From the NCBI RefSeq assembly GCF_009914755.1, contig NC_060943.1: DNA of 64,000 nt, one strand, 5' to 3'. Below the pieces are notes generated by a model, which searched no databases, was not told the DNA's origin, and saw only the letters and a program-made list of their open reading frames with translations. Shown piece by piece: positions 25,017 through 52,344 of this stretch (position 1 is its first letter; each line of letters starts with the position of its first letter). The DNA is from the human T2T-CHM13v2.0 reference genome, Homo sapiens. Position numbers and translations under genes: made by a program.

Positions 25017-25219
25017 CAGGGTTTTCTGCCCCTGGACATTTGGAACCATCATTGTTGGTTGTAAGGGCCCCGACTTGTGCATTGTAGGGGGTTTGGAGTA
25101 ACCCTGGCCTCTACCCACTAGGTGACCTCATCCTCCTCCCCTGGTTGTGACAACTGAAAATGTCTCCAGACATTGCCAAGTGCCCTTGGGGACAGAATCG
25201 CCCTGCGTGAGAACCACTG
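25017..25219 (+). mobile_element. MER20-like hAT DNA transposon relic
   Basis: CAG...CTG termini, CCCTGGCCTCTACCCACTAG and GTTGTGACAAC..AAAATGTCTCCAGACATTGCCAA core, flanks TTCTAGAA/TTCTAGAG. Confidence 0.8.
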
Positions 25220-25649
25220 TTCTAGAGTGAGGGGGGACACAGGAGCTTTCCTTGAAGCATTCTCGCCTGAAAATGTTAACAGCATTATCTGTTTGCACCC
25301 CTCATGGGTGGTTAACAACAGCAATAAAACCACAAGCAAACCAGCCTGCACCATCGCCCGGGGGCAGGGCCTCAAGGGCACCCGTTCTCAGGGCCCAGTG
25401 CCCTCCAGGGTGAGGCATCGCAACACATCCACAGGCACTATCAGAGTCACGCCGAGGTCACACCCACAGTGATGCATTTGTGACACCCATCCGCTGGCGG
25501 TCACACCGAGTGTCCCCCAGCCATGTGCACACCACTGCTGATGGTCACACACATACCCTTCGCCCTCCTCCTTAGGGGACCCTGCCCTTCCCTGACCTGC
25601 CCTGCACACCTTGGGCAACACATCCAGCTCCCTTGGGCCCTGTGCCTCC

Positions 25650-26010
25650 CAGCGGGTGAGGCTCCTAGCAGGTGACATTCAGTGTGGCAAGGTCTCTGGG
25701 AGCAGGTCCCAGCAGGTAAAGTCCCCAACAGCCGAGATCCTCAGTAGGTGCAGCCTCCAGAAAGCAAGGTCCCCAGTAGGCACCATCCCCAGCCCCAGCT
25801 GGCAAGGTCCCCAGCAGGGGAGGCTCCTGGCAGTGAAGCCCGGCAAGTGAAATCCCAGGTAAGTCACATGCCTGGCCACCAAAGACTCCAGCAGGTGAGG
25901 CCCCAGGCAGGTGAGACCCCAGGCAGCCGAGGCCCCAGGTAGGTAAATCCCCCGACTAGTGAGACCCTAGGTAGGTGAGGCCCTGGGAAAGTGAGGTCCT
26001 GGCAGCCCAG
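25650..26010. repeat. Degenerate 16-bp repeat array in FUT5 3' UTR (homolog of the FUT3 array)
   Basis: Units such as GAGGCCCCAGGCAGGT, GAGACCCCAGGCAGCC and GAGGCCCCAGGTAGGT at about 25897-26005. Confidence 0.75.
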
Positions 26011-26026
26011 GCCCCATGCCGGCCTC

Positions 26027-27151
26027 TCAGGTGAACCAAGCCGCTATGCTGCGCACCGTCTGGTACCTGGATTCCTGCTGCAGCTTCCAGCAGGCCTTGC
26101 AGAAAGCCAGTGCCCAGCTGAAGGAGCGAGGCCGCAGCGTCTCCCGCCAGCGAAAGTAGCTCAGGTAGCGGGCGTGGTCCTTGTCCAGCTCCTGCAGGTA
26201 CCGGGCCAGGTCCTTGGGGCTCTGGAAGTCATCCACGTGGATGAAGGCGTCGGGTGGCAGGAACCTCTCGTAGTTGCTTCTGCTGGGGCCCAGCACCACG
26301 GGCACGGCCCAGGCCTCCAGGGCGTTCCTCCACAGCTTCTCGGTGATGTAGTCGGGGTGCAAGGAGTTCTCGAAGGCCAGATAGAACTTGTACCGGGACA
26401 GCGTCTCCATCATGGTCCCCTTGGGCAGGGGCTTGTGGGAGCGTCCGTACACGTCCACCTTGAGATGAGCCTGCAGGCTCTGGTAGTAGCGCACCCTGGC
26501 CGAGTCCGGCTTCCAGTTGGACACCGCCCAGGCCACCAGCTCGGTCTTGGCCGAGAGGTTGAGCGGTGGGTGGGCAGGCTGGCCGGACCACGGCTCCAGC
26601 CAGCCATAGGGCGTGAAGATGTCGGAGTCGCTGCGGTAGGACATGGTGAGATTGAAGTATCCGTCCAGGGCTTCCAGGTGCCGGCAGTTGCTGGGGGACT
26701 CCATGCTGAACCAGATCCAGCGCTGCCCCTGCGGCCTGGTGGGGGGCGGGAGGTTGGCACTGGGGTTGTACATGATATCCCAGTGGTGCACGATGACCGC
26801 GTCTGCCTGTGGGTACACACTGGAGTCGGCAGTGATGTTGCAGTCGGCCGCGCCGGGCACCATCTCTGAGCAGCGGGGCAGAGCCACGGGTGTGTTAAAA
26901 GGCCACGTCCACAGCAGGATCAGTAGGGTGGGGTGGGCAGGGGTCGCCATGCTGTCCTGGCAGCGGGACCCATTGGGAGCCCCGGTGACAGGTTCCACTG
27001 CCATAAGCCCTGGCCTAGGGGATCCAGTGGCATCGTCTCGGGACACACGCAGGTAGGAGAAGAAACACACAGCCACCAGCAGCTGAAACAGCAGCCCGGC
27101 CAGACAGCGGCGCCACAGCCACTGTGGCTTGGCTGGGCCCAGGGGATCCAT
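26027..27151 (-). CDS. FUT5: Alpha-1,3/1,4-fucosyltransferase 5, 374 aa, single coding exon
   Basis: 374-aa paralog of FUT3 with a longer stem ([11 protein letters not shown] insertion), HHWD motif, A349 where FUT3 has D336, and the same acceptor 12 nt upstream of the ATG. Confidence 0.98.
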   Translation of the reverse strand: MDPLGPAKPQWLWRRCLAGLLFQLLVAVCFFSYLRVSRDDATGSPRPGLMAVEPVTGAPNGSRCQDSMATPAHPTLLILLWTWPFNTPVALPRCSEMVPGAADCNITADSSVYPQADAVIVHHWDIMYNPSANLPPPTRPQGQRWIWFSMESPSNCRHLEALDGYFNLTMSYRSDSDIFTPYGWLEPWSGQPAHPPLNLSAKTELVAWAVSNWKPDSARVRYYQSLQAHLKVDVYGRSHKPLPKGTMMETLSRYKFYLAFENSLHPDYITEKLWRNALEAWAVPVVLGPSRSNYERFLPPDAFIHVDDFQSPKDLARYLQELDKDHARYLSYFRWRETLRPRSFSWALAFCKACWKLQQESRYQTVRSIAAWFT

Positions 27152-27944
27152 GGGTCAGAGTATCTGGGAAGAGAGGAGAGAGGAGTGAGGGTCATTAAGG
27201 AAGATCACCCACTTCCTGGCCACGTGTCCTGAGAGAAGCTGTTATAATTTATGACACAGCTTGTCATAAATGCCCCCAGTACCCCTGAGTTGAGGATTGA
27301 ATTTATAACTCTGACAGGGAAGGGTACAATGGGATTAGGTTTTGCAGGTAACATAAGAGTTCTCCAGATAAGGTAGGAGTTGAGGGAAAGGGTGTCCGTT
27401 GGATGAGGAAAGAGCCAGTGCCAAAGCCTGGCGGGGTGAGACACCTGAGCAGTTTGCAGACAAAGAAAAGGAAGTGCTCAGGGCTTCCAGTTTAGGCTTG
27501 ATTTTCTATTCACTTGGTCTTTCAATCAACAGACACTCAAAGTTAACCCCTCTGGCCCTCAGACACACTGTCCCCGTCCTGGGGGAGAGGCTGAGGCTGG
27601 GGAGAGGTGGGGAGGATAGGAGGGAGAATGGGCAGGTGTGAAGACTCAGGAGAGGCAGGGGCTGACCAGGCAGGGAGTGGGGGGACCTGGGGCCCCAGGG
27701 AGGAGCAGGCTTTCAGGGAAGACATGGAACCCCGCTTGTTCTGGAGACACCCAGCACGGAACTGGAGGGAGCCCAGGGCCCTCAGAGTGTAGGCACTGGG
27801 TCTGGGAAGCCTGAGAAGAAAAACCTTCAAAGAGGCTAAGAGGGCGACCGGAGGAGGAGGAGGGAACCCGAACCATGCTTTGTGATGGGTGAGGTGAGGC
27901 TTGGATGCCAGGGTGGACTGTTTACAGTTTTAAATGTACATCTA

Positions 27945-35930
<7,986 letters not shown>

Positions 35931-35931
35931 G

Positions 35932-37283
35932 CGAGGATCTCTTCCCTCTGGCTCAGATGAGCTGAGACTTGCTTGGGGGGTGCGGTGAGGCCATCTGTGC
36001 CCCTCGTTGGGGTCCTGGTCTTCATTGGACACCCCAGCTCCTCCCTCAGCCTGGGCTGGGTGGGTGATAAAGCTGTCAGCCTGCTGGAAATTTCTCTCCC
36101 CTTGGGGCCTAAGGGCTGGGAGCCAAGGGCAGCTGCCGCTCAGGAGGAGGGAGAAGGCCCCATAGGCTGGGCTGGGTGCACCATGAACCACATGTGAGAT
36201 CTGGGGCACATGGGGAGACAATGGGGGGTTGAGGGCAGTGCTGGTGTTCCAGAGGGGGCAGGCCAGGGTCCCCCAATGTTGGCCAGGTGGCTGGTCTTCT
36301 GCCCTTGTGGAACCCAAGGAGGGTTTCCATGTCCCTCTAAGCCTCAGAGGAAATTCCAGAGGGAGAGAAAGAGAAGTTGGGAAAGGGAGCTGTTCACTCT
36401 GACATCAGCTCAGGGAGAGGCGGAGACCACGGGGGCTCCAGGGGCATCAGGGGACAGAGCAGCCTGTCCCCACACCTCTTACCCCCTGGGGACTGGGCCT
36501 GCCCCAGCCTGTTAGGAAGCCCTGGCCTGGCCTGCCGAGGGCCCCGTCCCCCTCCCAGGACCCCTGGCTTGCAGCCAGGTGGTGGGGAGAGGGGCCCAGG
36601 TGGGTGGTGTGTGTGGCAGGTGAGTGATGGGCCCAGCAAGGCTGGCTCAGGCCCGGAGTCACCAGGGGGCTTAGCAGAGACTCTTCAGGCCCCCCACACC
36701 TTCCCCACCCTATGCCCCTCCACCCTTCTACCTGGGCCTGGGGGAGCCATCACAGGCACCTCTGCATGTCCACTGTACAGATGGGGAAACCGAGGCTTAG
36801 ATAGCACCTGGGAGTCACCACCACCCTGCACCACCAGGTCCCCCATGGCATTCTCCAGAGAGCAGCAATTTCCCCCAACACTAGAATGTTCCAGATATCC
36901 TCACTTACAGTCAGAAGCCACCTGCAGCCCCTAAGTGGTGGAGCAGGGCTCTATGGGGGACTTGCCTGACTTTGGAGTTCTTGACCCTGAGATCTTCAGA
37001 AAACCGACTTTCACCTCTGGCAGCTGTGTGGCCTTGGATGAGTTCCTCAACTTCTCTGGGCGTCAGCCACCTCCTCTGTAGAGTGGAGCCACTGCCGGCA
37101 CCTTCTTCAGGAGGTTGAGGTGACCTGGAAGGTCACGCTGATCCTCCCACCGCCCCACAGGGTCTCTGCGTACCCCCTCTACAGGCTGGAATGTTTGGCC
37201 TGGGTCCCTGGCCCTCTGCGGGCCTCGGTTTCCCCTCCTGTAATACTTGTAAGAACTCAGCCTCTCCCTGCTCATCTACATGG
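35932..37283. repeat. Segmental-duplication block X, copy C (distal end of the FUT array)
   Basis: Direct-orientation homolog; similarity to copy B ends at about 37283. Confidence 0.95.
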
Positions 37284-37596
37284 TGCTGGGGCCACTAAAC
37301 AGACAGGGAGTGCGGGAAGCCCCAGGTGACGGTGACAGAAACCTGGCACCCCCTAGAAACCTGACCCTGGCCTCACCCCCGGGTCCCCTGGCACCAACAC
37401 GCTGAGGTCTGCCCACCCCTGGTACCCAGGCCCAGCTGGGTTCATGCAGCTTAAATTTCAGCCTGTGGTGGGTGAAGAGGCGGGGGCTGGACACGCTTCA
37501 TTTTCCAATTTCTAGAAATAAAAGCTGTGGGGCCATCTATTGTGGAGTGGAAATAAAGCCCATTGCAAAACCTTGTGTGTGAAAAAATAACAATAG

Positions 37597-37976
<380 letters not shown>

Positions 37977-38045
37977 TGATCTGCCCGCCTCGGCATCCCA
38001 AAGTGCTGAGATTACAGGCGTGAGCCACCACACCCGGCCCAATGA

Positions 38046-38282
<237 letters not shown>

Positions 38283-39030
38283 TAGCTAATTTTTTGTATT
38301 TTTAGTAGAGATGGGGTTTCACCGTGTTAGCCAGGATGGTCTCAATCTCCTGACCTCGTGATCAGTCTGTCTTGGCCTCCCAAAGTGCTAGGATTACAGC
38401 AGTGAGCCACCGCACCGGGCCAAAAAGCATAATTTTCTTGGTTTGTTTTCAGGCGATGTTTTCAAGGTTTCTAAGCACCTGTCTCTCCATCGGCAAAAAT
38501 TACAGCCAGTAGAGCCAGCGACCTGGGCACCTGGGCCAGCCCTGCAGGGAGTGTATGGAGATGCCACTCACCTTGGAAAGATGCACCAGGAGTTACGGTC
38601 CACTCTGTCCCTGTTGGCGTTCTCTGAAGAGTAGAAATTTTCCCCTACCCAGACTCTGAGAATGTTCCAAAGACCTCAATTTATATTTGGTATCCACCTG
38701 CAGCCACTCAGTCCCTCAGCCCAGCTGTAGCCTCTGGTCACTCCCCCTCCCAGAGGGAGACAGTGTTGAGATTTGACTTCAGAACAAGGGCAGAGCCTTA
38801 CAAAAAATGAGCTGGGCATGGTGGTGGGTGCCTGTAATCCCAGCTACTCATGAGGATGAGGCAGGAGAATCACCTGAACCCAGGAGGTGGAGGTTGGAGG
38901 TGGAGGTTGCAGTAAGATGAGATCACGCCACTGCTCTCCAGTCTGGGCGACGGAGCAAAACTCTGTCTCACTCACTCACTCAATAAATAAATAAATAAGC
39001 GAAAATAAATAGGCCAGGCACAGGGGCTCA

Positions 39031-39716
<686 letters not shown>

Positions 39717-40874
39717 TCAAAAAAAAAAAAGATCTTGTTTATTTCTTGGTTTGTCAGTGTCTTCCCCAGATTGGGCGGCTCATGGGGCAGGGCTTGGGTC
39801 CCCAGTATGACCTGGCACCCAGTAGGCACTCAGTAAACAGGTGCTGAATAAATGTCCTTGTCTGTGATGGAAGCTTGAACTCCCACTTGGAGAATTATAA
39901 ACGAAGACTGAAGATCTTTGGACTCTGGGGCAGGAGTGACCCTCCCCCTGCCCCTTCCCCACCCCCCACCGACCACCCCAGAGATTACAGCCTGCCTCAG
40001 GGGAATCTGCAGGTGAGGTAGTCCTCACCCCCAGTGACACAGGGCAGGACCTCGCAGGGCTGGAGATGGAGGAGGCCGGGTGGCAGGCACAGGCAGGCAA
40101 AGAATGCTGCCGCAGACGAGAATGAATAAACAGGCTCCTTGGATGTCAGAGGCTGGGGGTGGGGGGACACTTTGAACCTCACGCCTGGCTGGGGATGTTT
40201 GGACAAGGCAGGCGGCCAGCGGGTGTCATCAGGGCTAAAATTAACCTCCACTTCCCGCTCAGCCCCTCCCCCTGGGCCAGGAGGGAGGCTGGGGCCCCGG
40301 CCATCACTTAAGTGAGCGCTGTATGCCGGACAAAGCTCCTTGAAGAAATCAATGCACGTGGTCCTCTCAACAACCCCGACAGCTGCTATCAGTAATGGCA
40401 TTGTGATTTATCCCCATTTTGCAGGTGAGGAAACCAAGGCACTGAGAAAAAGGGAGGCTGATAGCCACAAAACTCAAAAGCAGCAGAGTCAGGACTCGAA
40501 CCTGGGATTCAGGGAGTGTGTTCTCACCTGGAGGTCTCCCTGAAAGCCAGGGGAGATGAAAGAGACCCTGAGCGATGAGTCCTTGGCGGAGGCGGGCATG
40601 CGGCCCCTCACTCACTCTCCCCTAGGGACCTCTCCAGAGGTTTCCAGAGTTACAGTAACTTTGGGTCTTTTTGTGCAAATTCCAAGAGATGCCTGCTGTG
40701 CCAGTGACCTGCTGGGGACCTAAAACACCCTCATTGAGCCAGGGAAGGGTCAAGGAGGGGGCGGGGACAGGGCTGGTGGGCTGTGGAAACCTCGTGCAGA
40801 TGGTGAGATATTAAAATACATCCACTCCACAAAAATTAGCTGGGCGTGGTGACGCGCATCTGTAATCCCAGCTA

Positions 40875-41322
<448 letters not shown>

Positions 41323-42534
41323 CTTCAGCTGGGTGGGGGTGGGGGGCAGTCCCTGTAGCGGGCAGGTGCTAAGAGCAAAGGCAGGCATTAAGGAGGTGAA
41401 ATCAGAGCCACACCAGGCGCTCAGGTGGCTTCCAGGACGCGACGCCTTCCTAATGGGCTTCCCAGGTGCCTCCGGGACCAGCCAGATGGAGGAGGCTTCG
41501 GGGCCTCCCTGGCCCTCACCCGCTGGGCCAGCCCCTCATCACCACCTCCCAGGTCCCTCCTGCCAGGCTCATTATTCATCTTTAACGGTCACTCGGCAGG
41601 GGGAGTGTGGGCTGGGAACACCTGGGACTCCCAGGCTTGCAGTGGGCGGCCTCACTAATGGGGGTGAGGCCCCCATTAGAGAGGCAGTAATGGGTGGGAA
41701 AGGGGTCCCGGCCCACCAAGGAGCTGGCCTGGGGCAGGAAGCATCCAATTTGGGGCAGGGGCGGGAAACAGACTTCTGCCACCCCCACCCTGCCATTTCC
41801 TTTCCTGTCGAGGCAGGAGTCCAGGGAAGCACCTCTGGATGCCTTCACCCTTCCCAATCTCCACCTGGACGGGGTCCTGCTGGGCCCCCCAGACGCAGAG
41901 GGGGCTGCTCTGGCACTCCTGCCTCCCCATATCCAGGCAGGGGTAGGATGGATGCCCCAGCCTTGACCTTCCAGCTTCCCATCTGCCAGACTTGCTCAAG
42001 AGAGTGGCTCACGGCTAAGGAGTGGAAACTGACACCCAGAGAAGGATCTAGAACCTCGTACTCTTCCATGCTCTTAGCCACTCCCCTTTCTGTCTCTCCT
42101 CTGAGCTATCACACATGTTGTTCCTCTCTCTTGGGCACTCTAGCCTGGATGACAAAGGGGGATCCTGTCTCTTAAAAAACAAACAAACAGACAAGGCTGG
42201 GTGCGGTGACTAACATCTGTAATCCCAGCACTTTGGGAGGCCAAGGCGGGCAGATCACGAGGTCAAGAGATCGAGACCATCCTGGCCAAACTGGAAAAAC
42301 CCCATCTCTACTAAAAATACAAAAATTAACTGGGTGTGATGGCACACACCTGTAGTCCCAGCTACTCAGGAGGTGGAGGTTGCAGTGAGCCGAGATCACG
42401 CCATTGCACTCCGGCCTGGTCAACAGAGTGAGATTCTGCCTCAAAAAAGAAAAAAAAAGAAAAAAAGAAACGGCCGGGTGTGATGGCTCACGCCTGTAAT
42501 CCCAGCACTTTGGGAAGCTGAGACGGGCAGATCA

Positions 42535-45180
<2,646 letters not shown>

Positions 45181-45288
45181 AGCATACTGAGAAAGGCCGG
45201 GCGCGGTGGCTCATGCCTGTAATCCCAGCACTTTGGGAGGCCGAGGCCGGAGGATCATGAGGTCAGGAGATCAAGACCATCCTGGCTA

Positions 45289-45672
<384 letters not shown>

Positions 45673-46836
45673 TCACACCTTTCCTACTCTGGTTCAGCGA
45701 GGGTTCAGACCAGTGGGGACCCCTGGAAGGTGAGATGTGGGCTGGGCTGGGGCCAGGGACAGGGCCAGGCCTGCCGGAGCCCCTTGCAGCTCGGCCCGAC
45801 CACCCAGCTTTCCAGGAAGCCCGAGGGGAGGCTTGGCTGGCTCAGAGGAAGGACCTGTGTGCGCCAATGGTGGGGCTGGGGGCCAAACCAGGCCCCTCTG
45901 AGCGCCCACGCTCTGAGGAGGACCACAGCAAGTGGAGGGAGGGTGGCTAGAAAAGAGATACACAGGGAGGAAGGCCCGAGCTTCCCTATGCCTCAGTTTC
46001 CCCATAGGCCAAATGGCTCGCTGGCTGTGTGGCCCTTGTGGACACAGGGGATGCCTGAGATGATGTGGGACCAGGGAACTATGGCTCCACTGGGTCCTAG
46101 CCTTGGACGCCAAGCCAGATAGGATAAGGGGGGGCAAGTCCCGCCCCGACTTCTGGAGCCCTGAAGTAATGACTAACCCGGCTTTAGGCTTTAAGGCTGG
46201 GGCCTCCTACCAGAACACAGCCAGGAGAGAGTCACGTCCTCTTTCCTAAGATCTCTACCCCTGTCTACTCCCTCTTCCTCCCTCTGTGCTCTGCTGGGGA
46301 CCCTGTGGGTACAGGGATGTGGCACCCCCAAGGCATTCAGGGCTCTGGGCCTCTCTTTTTTTAGAGACAGGGTCTCGCTCTGTCACCCAGGCTGGAGTGC
46401 GGTGGCAGGATCATAGCTTACTGCAGCCTCGAACTCCTGGGCTCAAGCGATTCTCCTACCTTAGCCTCCTAAGTAGCTGGGACTACAGGTGTGTACCACC
46501 ATGCCTGGCTCCAGCCCCCTTTTTGGCTCTTTTGGGGGTACCCTAGTGGGCCAGTGTTGGTCCCAGGGGTCTTTGTCAGGACAAGGGAAATGTTTGGCCC
46601 AGAAGTGCCTGTCTATGGTTTAAGCAAGATCTGCAGCTGGCCACAGTGACTCCCGCCTGTAATCCCAGCACTTTGGGAGGCTGAAGCAGGAGGGTCACTT
46701 GAGGCCGGGAGTTCAAGACCAGCCTGGACAACACAGTGAGACTCCATCTCTACAAAAAATTTAGAAATTAGCCAGGTGTGTTGGTGCATGCCTGTAGTCC
46801 CAGCTTCTTGGAAGCTGAGGCAGAAGAATCGTTTGA

Positions 46837-47262
<426 letters not shown>

Positions 47263-47767
47263 TAATTTTTGCATTTTTAGTAGGGACCGGGTTTTGCCAT
47301 GTTGGCCAGGCTGGTCTCGAACTCCTGGCCTCAAGTGATCTGCCAATCTCAGCCTCCCAAAGTGCTGAGATTACAGGTGTCAGCCACTGCGCCTGGCTAA
47401 GACCCTGTCTTTCTTTTTCTTTCTCTTTTTTTTTGAGATGGAGTCTCACTCTGTGGCCCAGGCTGGAGCGCAGTGGCGCGATCTCGGCTCACTGCAAGCT
47501 CCGCCTCCCAGGTTCACGCCATTCTCTCGCCTCAGCCTCCCGAGCAGCTGGAACTACAGGCGCCCGCCACCACACCCCGCTAAATTTTTTTTGTATTTTT
47601 TAGTAGAGACAGGGTTTTTCTCCATGCTAGCCAGGATGGTCTCGATCTCCTGACCTCGTGATCCGCCCACCTCGGCCTCCCAAAGTACTGGGATTACAGG
47701 CGTGAGCCACCACGCCCGGCCAAGACCCTTTCTTAAAAAAAAAAAAAAAAATACACACACACACACA

Positions 47768-48880
<1,113 letters not shown>

Positions 48881-49910
48881 TTTGCTGAATGAACTCTGAG
48901 TCTTGCCCCCGGGTCTGGAGGGCTTCTCTTCCCGTGCCTTCCCGCACTCCACTGCAGCCATCATCTCATGTGGGGAGAGTGAGAAGGACCCTGATCCCCC
49001 TCCGAGAGCCTATACCACCCAGGCAGCAAAGCAGGGCCAGGCAGGGTGCACAGCCACCCGCAAGTGGTTCTCAGGCCCCACCTCTGGACCTCCTACCCTT
49101 TGCAGACCTGGAGATTCATTCATTTGTTTATCCATTCATTCATTCCACACATAGTTCTGGAGCCCTGCTGCGTTCCTCGGCTGGGTGCCGGGGTGTAGGC
49201 AGAGGATATAACAGCCAGGATACGTCCCAGTCCTCAAGGAGGTGCACATAAATAACACACGTGATGGTGACGTGGGACTTAGAAACTGGCAGGGGCTACG
49301 GGCAAAACTAGAAGGCAAATGAGTGTGGAGTGCTGGTGGCCTGGGGACGGGGGATGAGGAGGTGGCTTGTGAACTGAGAATTGAAGGAGGTGAGGGGTGA
49401 GCTTGGGGACATCTAGGGGACAGGCATTGCAGGCAGAGGGTATGGACTATGCAAAGGCCCTAGGGCAGGACTGTGCCAGGGGTGTTGGAGGAAGAGTGAG
49501 GAGGCTGGTGGGGCTGGAGCAGTGAAGAGGGGAGGGGAGGAGAGGGAGGGGAGGGAGAGGAGGGGTCGGGACACACAGGGCATAGTGGGCTGTAGAGAGG
49601 ATTTGGGCTTTTCCCCCAAGTGGGGTGGGAGCCATGGAGGACTGTGGGCAGGGGAGGGGCGGGACCTGACTTAGGGGCTCACAGGCGCCTTCTGGCTCAG
49701 GGGGTAGCCGGGTGACCAGGGCAGAGGGGACTACGCTTGTCGTGATGATGGAATCAGACTAGAGGCAGATCTGGGACAGATTCTGAAGGCAAAGGGGCTC
49801 GAGATGCGGGGAGGGCGGGAGCAGCTCTTCAGTCCCAGGAGGGGCACACATCAGCCCCGTGGGGTCTTCTCAGCTGTGTCCCACCCCAATCATGTCAAAC
49901 ACATTTATAG

Positions 49911-50236
<326 letters not shown>

Positions 50237-50637
50237 TGATCCGCCCGCCTCGGCCTCCCAAAGTGCTGGGATTACAGGCGTGAGCCACCGCGCCCAGCCC
50301 TTAGTGGGGTGTTTTCGCTCCAATCTCCAAGACCACTAAGAAAGTCTTAAAGGAACAAATTGCCATTTTCCAAACAATAGCTATTCTTAGGAGAAGTAAC
50401 ACTTCTTTTAGCTACTGCCAGGCCCTGGGAAGTCACCTCCCGGGCCTCAGTTTCCTCATCTGTAAAACAGGACTAATGCCTAACAGAGCTCACGCACGGC
50501 TGCGCAGACTAAAATGAGCCAAAAATAATAATAACAACTGCACCTGCCTGGCAGGTGGGAAAAGCTTGATGTTCCCCACCCCCACCCCCCCTTTTTTTTG
50601 TCTTGTGAATGTTTTCTTGGCTCACCCAAGAGCTTAG

Positions 50638-50862
<225 letters not shown>

Positions 50863-52344
50863 TAGTAGAGACAGGGTTTCACTGTGTTGGCCAGGGTGGT
50901 CTGAAACTCCTGACCTCAAGTGATCCCCCAGCCTCGGCCTCCCAAAGTACTGGGATTACAGGCCTGAGCCACGGCGCAGGGCCAGGCCGGTGTTCTTGGA
51001 GCCTTGTCTCTGCTGGGGATGTGTCTCCAGGGATGGATTCTCGGGAAGCAAGTGTGTGCCCTGCAGCCCCCAGGCACCTCTCCTGGACCAGGAGGCCCCT
51101 GATCGCCCACTGCTCTCCCTCACAGCAGGCCTCTGCTGTTGCTGTGTGCTCTGCCTGGACCACCCTCCCGCTGGGTACACATGGAAAAGCCTCTTCATCC
51201 TTGGGCCCTCTCTGCTGTGCCGCCTCCTCCTCTAGGAAGCCCTCCTAGCTCCCCAGGGAGGCTCTGCCCCTCCTCAGTTCCAGCCCTGACTGCCTGGGGC
51301 TGGGAAGGGCTCCATGAAGTTCAAGGTAAACTCAGGAAGGGTCCCCCACAGCCCCTCAGGGAGCCTGCTGGGACCGATGTTCCAGACGGGGGCCCTCTTG
51401 TGTGTGGGGTGGGAGTGACGTCAGCCCTCCACAACCTAGTAAATGTTTATGGGCCGGGGGGCCTCGGCTTTGGGGTTCCCTGGAGCCCAGCAAGAGACCA
51501 CCCCCTCGTGTTCCATTCTGGGGGGCCCGTCCTGCAGGCGAGGTGGGGGCGCCTGGCAGGCCTGCGCCAACCCTGGCGGCTAGCCCGGAATGGGCTGGGT
51601 GGGCGGCGAGCACAGCTCCTGGTCTGAGCCGTCGGCTCCCTTGAACACAGGGAGGCACCTGGGGCTGGGAGGTGCGAAGGGGCTTGCGGCCTTTAAATTT
51701 CAAGCTCCACTACCCAGGGTGGGCCTCAGCGCGTGCATCCGTGGAAGAGGGCTAAGAGATCTGGTACAGGGTTTGGGCCGCACACGGGCCTGGAGGGCTG
51801 GGGAAGGGCTTGCAGGGGGCGGAGGCCTGCGTGGAACCAGTCCCAGAAGCGGCCATGGTGCAGGGCTGAGGGTGACCGTCGTGGGGACGTGGACTAGTCT
51901 TTTCTCCTGTCCAGCCTTCGGTGTCCTTGGCTGGAGGTTTGGGGCTGTATTGCCCATTCCTAGAAGCCATCACTTCCCGGCTGCTGTGGGCAGGATGCAT
52001 GAGAAGGAAGGGGGATGAGGGACAGACAAGGCCTGGAGTGCGGAGGAAGGGATGGAATCTGACGCCTGTGGTCACCGCGGGGCTGGGGGCCTGGGGATGA
52101 CCGCCCGGGTCCACACTGCCCAGCAGGCCGTGCTGTGGTGGGCGCTGCCCCCTGCCGGCCGCAGTAGAGACAGAGGCCGGTGCCCTTGAGTGGATGCGAT
52201 GCCCGTGAGTGGATGGGATGCCTGCAGGGAGGTGGAATCGTCTTTCTTTGTGGGGCATCTCTGAGGGGCCCTTATTCCCATTTACCAGGTGGGAAAGCTG
52301 AGGCCTGGGTGCTGCCGTCCTCTGAGGACAGAACAAGGAAAGAA

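Larger units (their letters stand above)
24313..25640. repeat. Direct duplication of about 228 bp (24313-24540 and 25413-25640)
   Basis: Both copies read AGGCATCG..ACACATC..CAGGCACTATCAGAGTCACG...CTTGGGCAACACATCCAGCTCCC with few substitutions. Confidence 0.95.

Noticed and set aside
25991-26869. 292-aa antisense ORF over FUT5
   Set aside because: Shadow ORF of high-GC3 coding sequence; broken in FUT3
41333-42175. 280-aa plus-strand ORF in non-repeat DNA
   Set aside because: Non-ATG start, Gly/Pro-rich, no recognisable domain or exon structure
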